The notes under the pieces are model-generated. The model was not told the DNA's origin and made no database searches. It was given only the letters and a program-made list of their open reading frames with translations. The translations under genes and the position numbers were made by a program. This document shows, in pieces, positions 61,826 through 64,000 of a DNA stretch of 64,000 nucleotides (position 1 is the first letter of the stretch; each line of letters starts with the position of its first letter). Source of the stretch: Nostoc sp. DedSLP01 (lineage in GTDB: Bacteria; Cyanobacteriota; Cyanobacteriia; Cyanobacteriales; Nostocaceae); contig JAVRCJ020000003.1 of the NCBI GenBank assembly GCA_034530875.2, positions 256,001 to 320,000 on the forward strand, read 5' to 3'.

Positions 61826-62875
61826 TTATATTCTCTCCCTCACTAAAGAAGCCGCATTATTGATAGCACTGAAGACTGCAAAACCACCAGCAGCAGCCAC
61901 AAATAAAGATAAAATCGGTGCTAAAACTCCTAGAAAAATCATGAACCACATTAAGTCTGGATCGACATTAGCATCTTGACCGGGGCCATTGACAATTACT
62001 GCCGCAGTCAAGACAGCGATAATATTAAATGAAATCTTGGCAATACCAATAGATAAAAATCCGGTTAGCCATGCAAAAATTGGTTTACCAGCTACAGGTA
62101 GTAAAGAGGCACCAAGAGCAATTGGCCCTAAAGCTGCTATCAGTAACATCGTAGCTTCTATTAAATTTTGGAACGCATATTGTAAGGAAACTAAAAAGTT
62201 TTTGATGCTTGTTTGTACTGTAGAACCTAATAACGAATTAAATGAGGCTTCCGATACAACACCTGTACCATATCTAACGTTGTCTACCTTAGTTTGAAGC
62301 CTAGCTATCCAGCTTCTATTTCCGTATGTATCTCGATATTTCTGCCAGAGAATATTTACTTTTTCGGTGGCTTTAGCAAAGCATTGAGTTTGTTGTTCGC
62401 CAGTGAGTGACTGACAAGGACGCAAGAAAGAACCTGCTACTTCTTCCGCAACACTCATATTGAGTGCTTGCTGGTAAACTTTCTCTGCATCTGCTGTCAC
62501 CAATACTTGCTGATTTGCACCGTCTATAAAATTCCGCACTCCCAGTGTCAGATTAGAAAGGATACTGCCATTGCCGGAATTATTTAAGAGTATCACTACT
62601 ACAAAAGGCCAAATTAATCCTGATATGGGACGGGTGTATTCGTAAGATAATAAGTCTCGCAGGAATTGTACCATAAAAAACAACAACGTTCCTACAGCAA
62701 AAAAGATACCTACATTTGTCAGCGCTCCATACAAGTTATCGTTAGCATTAGGTTGTAGTAAATTGAGCCATTGTTTGTCCCAACCTTCAGCAATACTTTG
62801 GGAAGTTGCGACACCATTATCGAGAATTTCATCAATTCCAGCTTGGGCAAAAAATAGTTGAATAGCCAGTTGCAT
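61826..62875 (-). CDS. Polytopic membrane protein, VirB6/TrbL-like
   Basis: Several TM segments with a central soluble loop; ALGPIALGASLLP..FAWLTGF. Confidence 0.65.
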   Translation of the reverse strand: MQLAIQLFFAQAGIDEILDNGVATSQSIAEGWDKQWLNLLQPNANDNLYGALTNVGIFFAVGTLLFFMVQFLRDLLSYEYTRPISGLIWPFVVVILLNNSGNGSILSNLTLGVRNFIDGANQQVLVTADAEKVYQQALNMSVAEEVAGSFLRPCQSLTGEQQTQCFAKATEKVNILWQKYRDTYGNRSWIARLQTKVDNVRYGTGVVSEASFNSLLGSTVQTSIKNFLVSLQYAFQNLIEATMLLIAALGPIALGASLLPVAGKPIFAWLTGFLSIGIAKISFNIIAVLTAAVIVNGPGQDANVDPDLMWFMIFLGVLAPILSLFVAAAGGFAVFSAINNAASLVRERI

Positions 62876-63039
62876 TATTTTGGTTTGATGGACTCTATTT
62901 TGAGGATTGCTATATAAAACAGCACGCTAAATTTTTAATTTGATGGTGCTTCGTGGCAGATGAAAACTAGGTATTAATACCTCGCTCGTGCATTGTTTGT
63001 AGAAATATTAATTCTGTATTCTTGTTGAATCATCAAATC

Positions 63040-63846
63040 CTATTTAACAATTGTTCTGCCAAACAAATCCATTTGAGAAGTTGCTCGTAAAAGTCGTGCT
63101 GCTTCGGTGGATGTTTCAACTCTGCGAGCGCGATTTGCTTCTTCCGTCTGTTGAGCTATATTTGCTAGATTTAAATTTGAGTATTGCAAATACTGATTAG
63201 TTTGTATTGTCTGAGCAAATGTTTCACCAACAATTCTTGATTGTTCTTGTTGAATTTTGATGCTTTGTGATTGATTGGCATTGAGCAATTGTGCTAGGAT
63301 TGCTGTAGCTGGATCGAGTTTAGTAACATCGAAAGAAGGAATCGGAATTTTACTTAATAAATCTTGGCTTTGTTTTTCGGCTGCTTCAGCAAATCCAGCA
63401 ATATCTTTCAGACTTCTTTCTGTATTTATTAACTTCGCCCTTGACCGAGCTTGTCCATTTTCACCGAGAACACCTTCAGCTGCTCCACGAGTAATTAAAC
63501 GATTGAGTTCATTACTCACTAAATTTCCCCGCACAGCGGCATTATTTTCAAAGCGATCCGATCTAGAGTAGAGAATTAAGTCATCGCGAACTTTTTTACC
63601 TGCACCAACAGGGTTGGGTAAATTCAATTCTCCTTTTGCACCACTCAGAGCATTTCGGCTTTGGTAGTCTACAGTCTTTAAGTTGTCGTTGAGATTATAT
63701 TGGAAGTAGTCTTGCAAATCTTTAGAATATAATTGAAAATCAGTCCAAACCTGACCCAATCCTGATTTGTTAGTGCTCAGTTGGGCTGCTACAGGGAGAA
63801 TTCCCAGAGATACTAAAGTCAAAGTGAAAATGGTAGTTTTTCGCAT
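63040..63846 (-). CDS. Exported helical protein, VirB5/TrbJ-like by architecture
   Basis: Signal peptide (MRKTT..AAQ), Gln-rich helical C-terminus (NLNLANIAQQ); start moved to ATG 63846. Confidence 0.55.
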   Translation of the reverse strand: MRKTTIFTLTLVSLGILPVAAQLSTNKSGLGQVWTDFQLYSKDLQDYFQYNLNDNLKTVDYQSRNALSGAKGELNLPNPVGAGKKVRDDLILYSRSDRFENNAAVRGNLVSNELNRLITRGAAEGVLGENGQARSRAKLINTERSLKDIAGFAEAAEKQSQDLLSKIPIPSFDVTKLDPATAILAQLLNANQSQSIKIQQEQSRIVGETFAQTIQTNQYLQYSNLNLANIAQQTEEANRARRVETSTEAARLLRATSQMDLFGRTIVK

Positions 63847-63946
63847 ACATCTGTACCTCAAAAAGGTAGACGGAGTTATCTAGTAAGTAATTTTCCAGAA
63901 ATAATTTATTAGTGTTTGTGGGGTAAAATTGTTTGCTTTTGGTTTT

Positions 63947-63972
63947 GGGTGGGCGAGACGCCCACCCCACAA
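63947..63972. repeat. REP-like palindrome
   Basis: GGGTGGGCGAGACGCCCACCCCACAA; matches 15837-15862. Confidence 0.7.
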
Positions 63973-64000
63973 TCATTTTTTAAAGATTTTTGGATTTGTT

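Noticed and set aside
58363..63571. Plus-strand ORFs antisense to the T4SS-like genes, and similar shadows of psb29, mgtE, pyrB, tex and infC
   Set aside because: They lie inside better-supported genes on the opposite strand

Overview
Chromosomal DNA from a filamentous cyanobacterium, most likely a heterocyst-forming Nostocales member. Evidence: dense HIP1 octamers (GCGATCGC), heptameric STRR arrays, Nostoc-type small dispersed repeats, and genes such as psb29, cpcT-like and ycf65. About 55 CDSs are present, mostly housekeeping or conserved: hemF (partial), exbB/exbD, a phosphorylase-kinase-like GH15 protein, mgtE, pyrB, pmbA/tldD, tex, a cytochrome c6-like protein, slt, infC and map. I found no rRNA, tRNA, CRISPR array or intact transposase. 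The most notable features are: (1) a six-gene type IV secretion-like cluster (57.2-63.9 kb, probably continuing past the window) among core genes and colonised by host repeats, suggesting domestication; (2) a DapF homolog with both catalytic cysteines replaced by serines; (3) a structured mgtE leader that sequesters the RBS; (4) a coupled P-loop ATPase and degenerate-NTPase-TPR gene pair; (5) two decayed flotillin fragments flanking a PEP-CTERM gene; (6) nested miniature mobile repeats, some inside proteins; (7) small ORFs missing from the track; (8) a probable pseudokinase. All product calls come from recognising motifs by eye. No database search was run.
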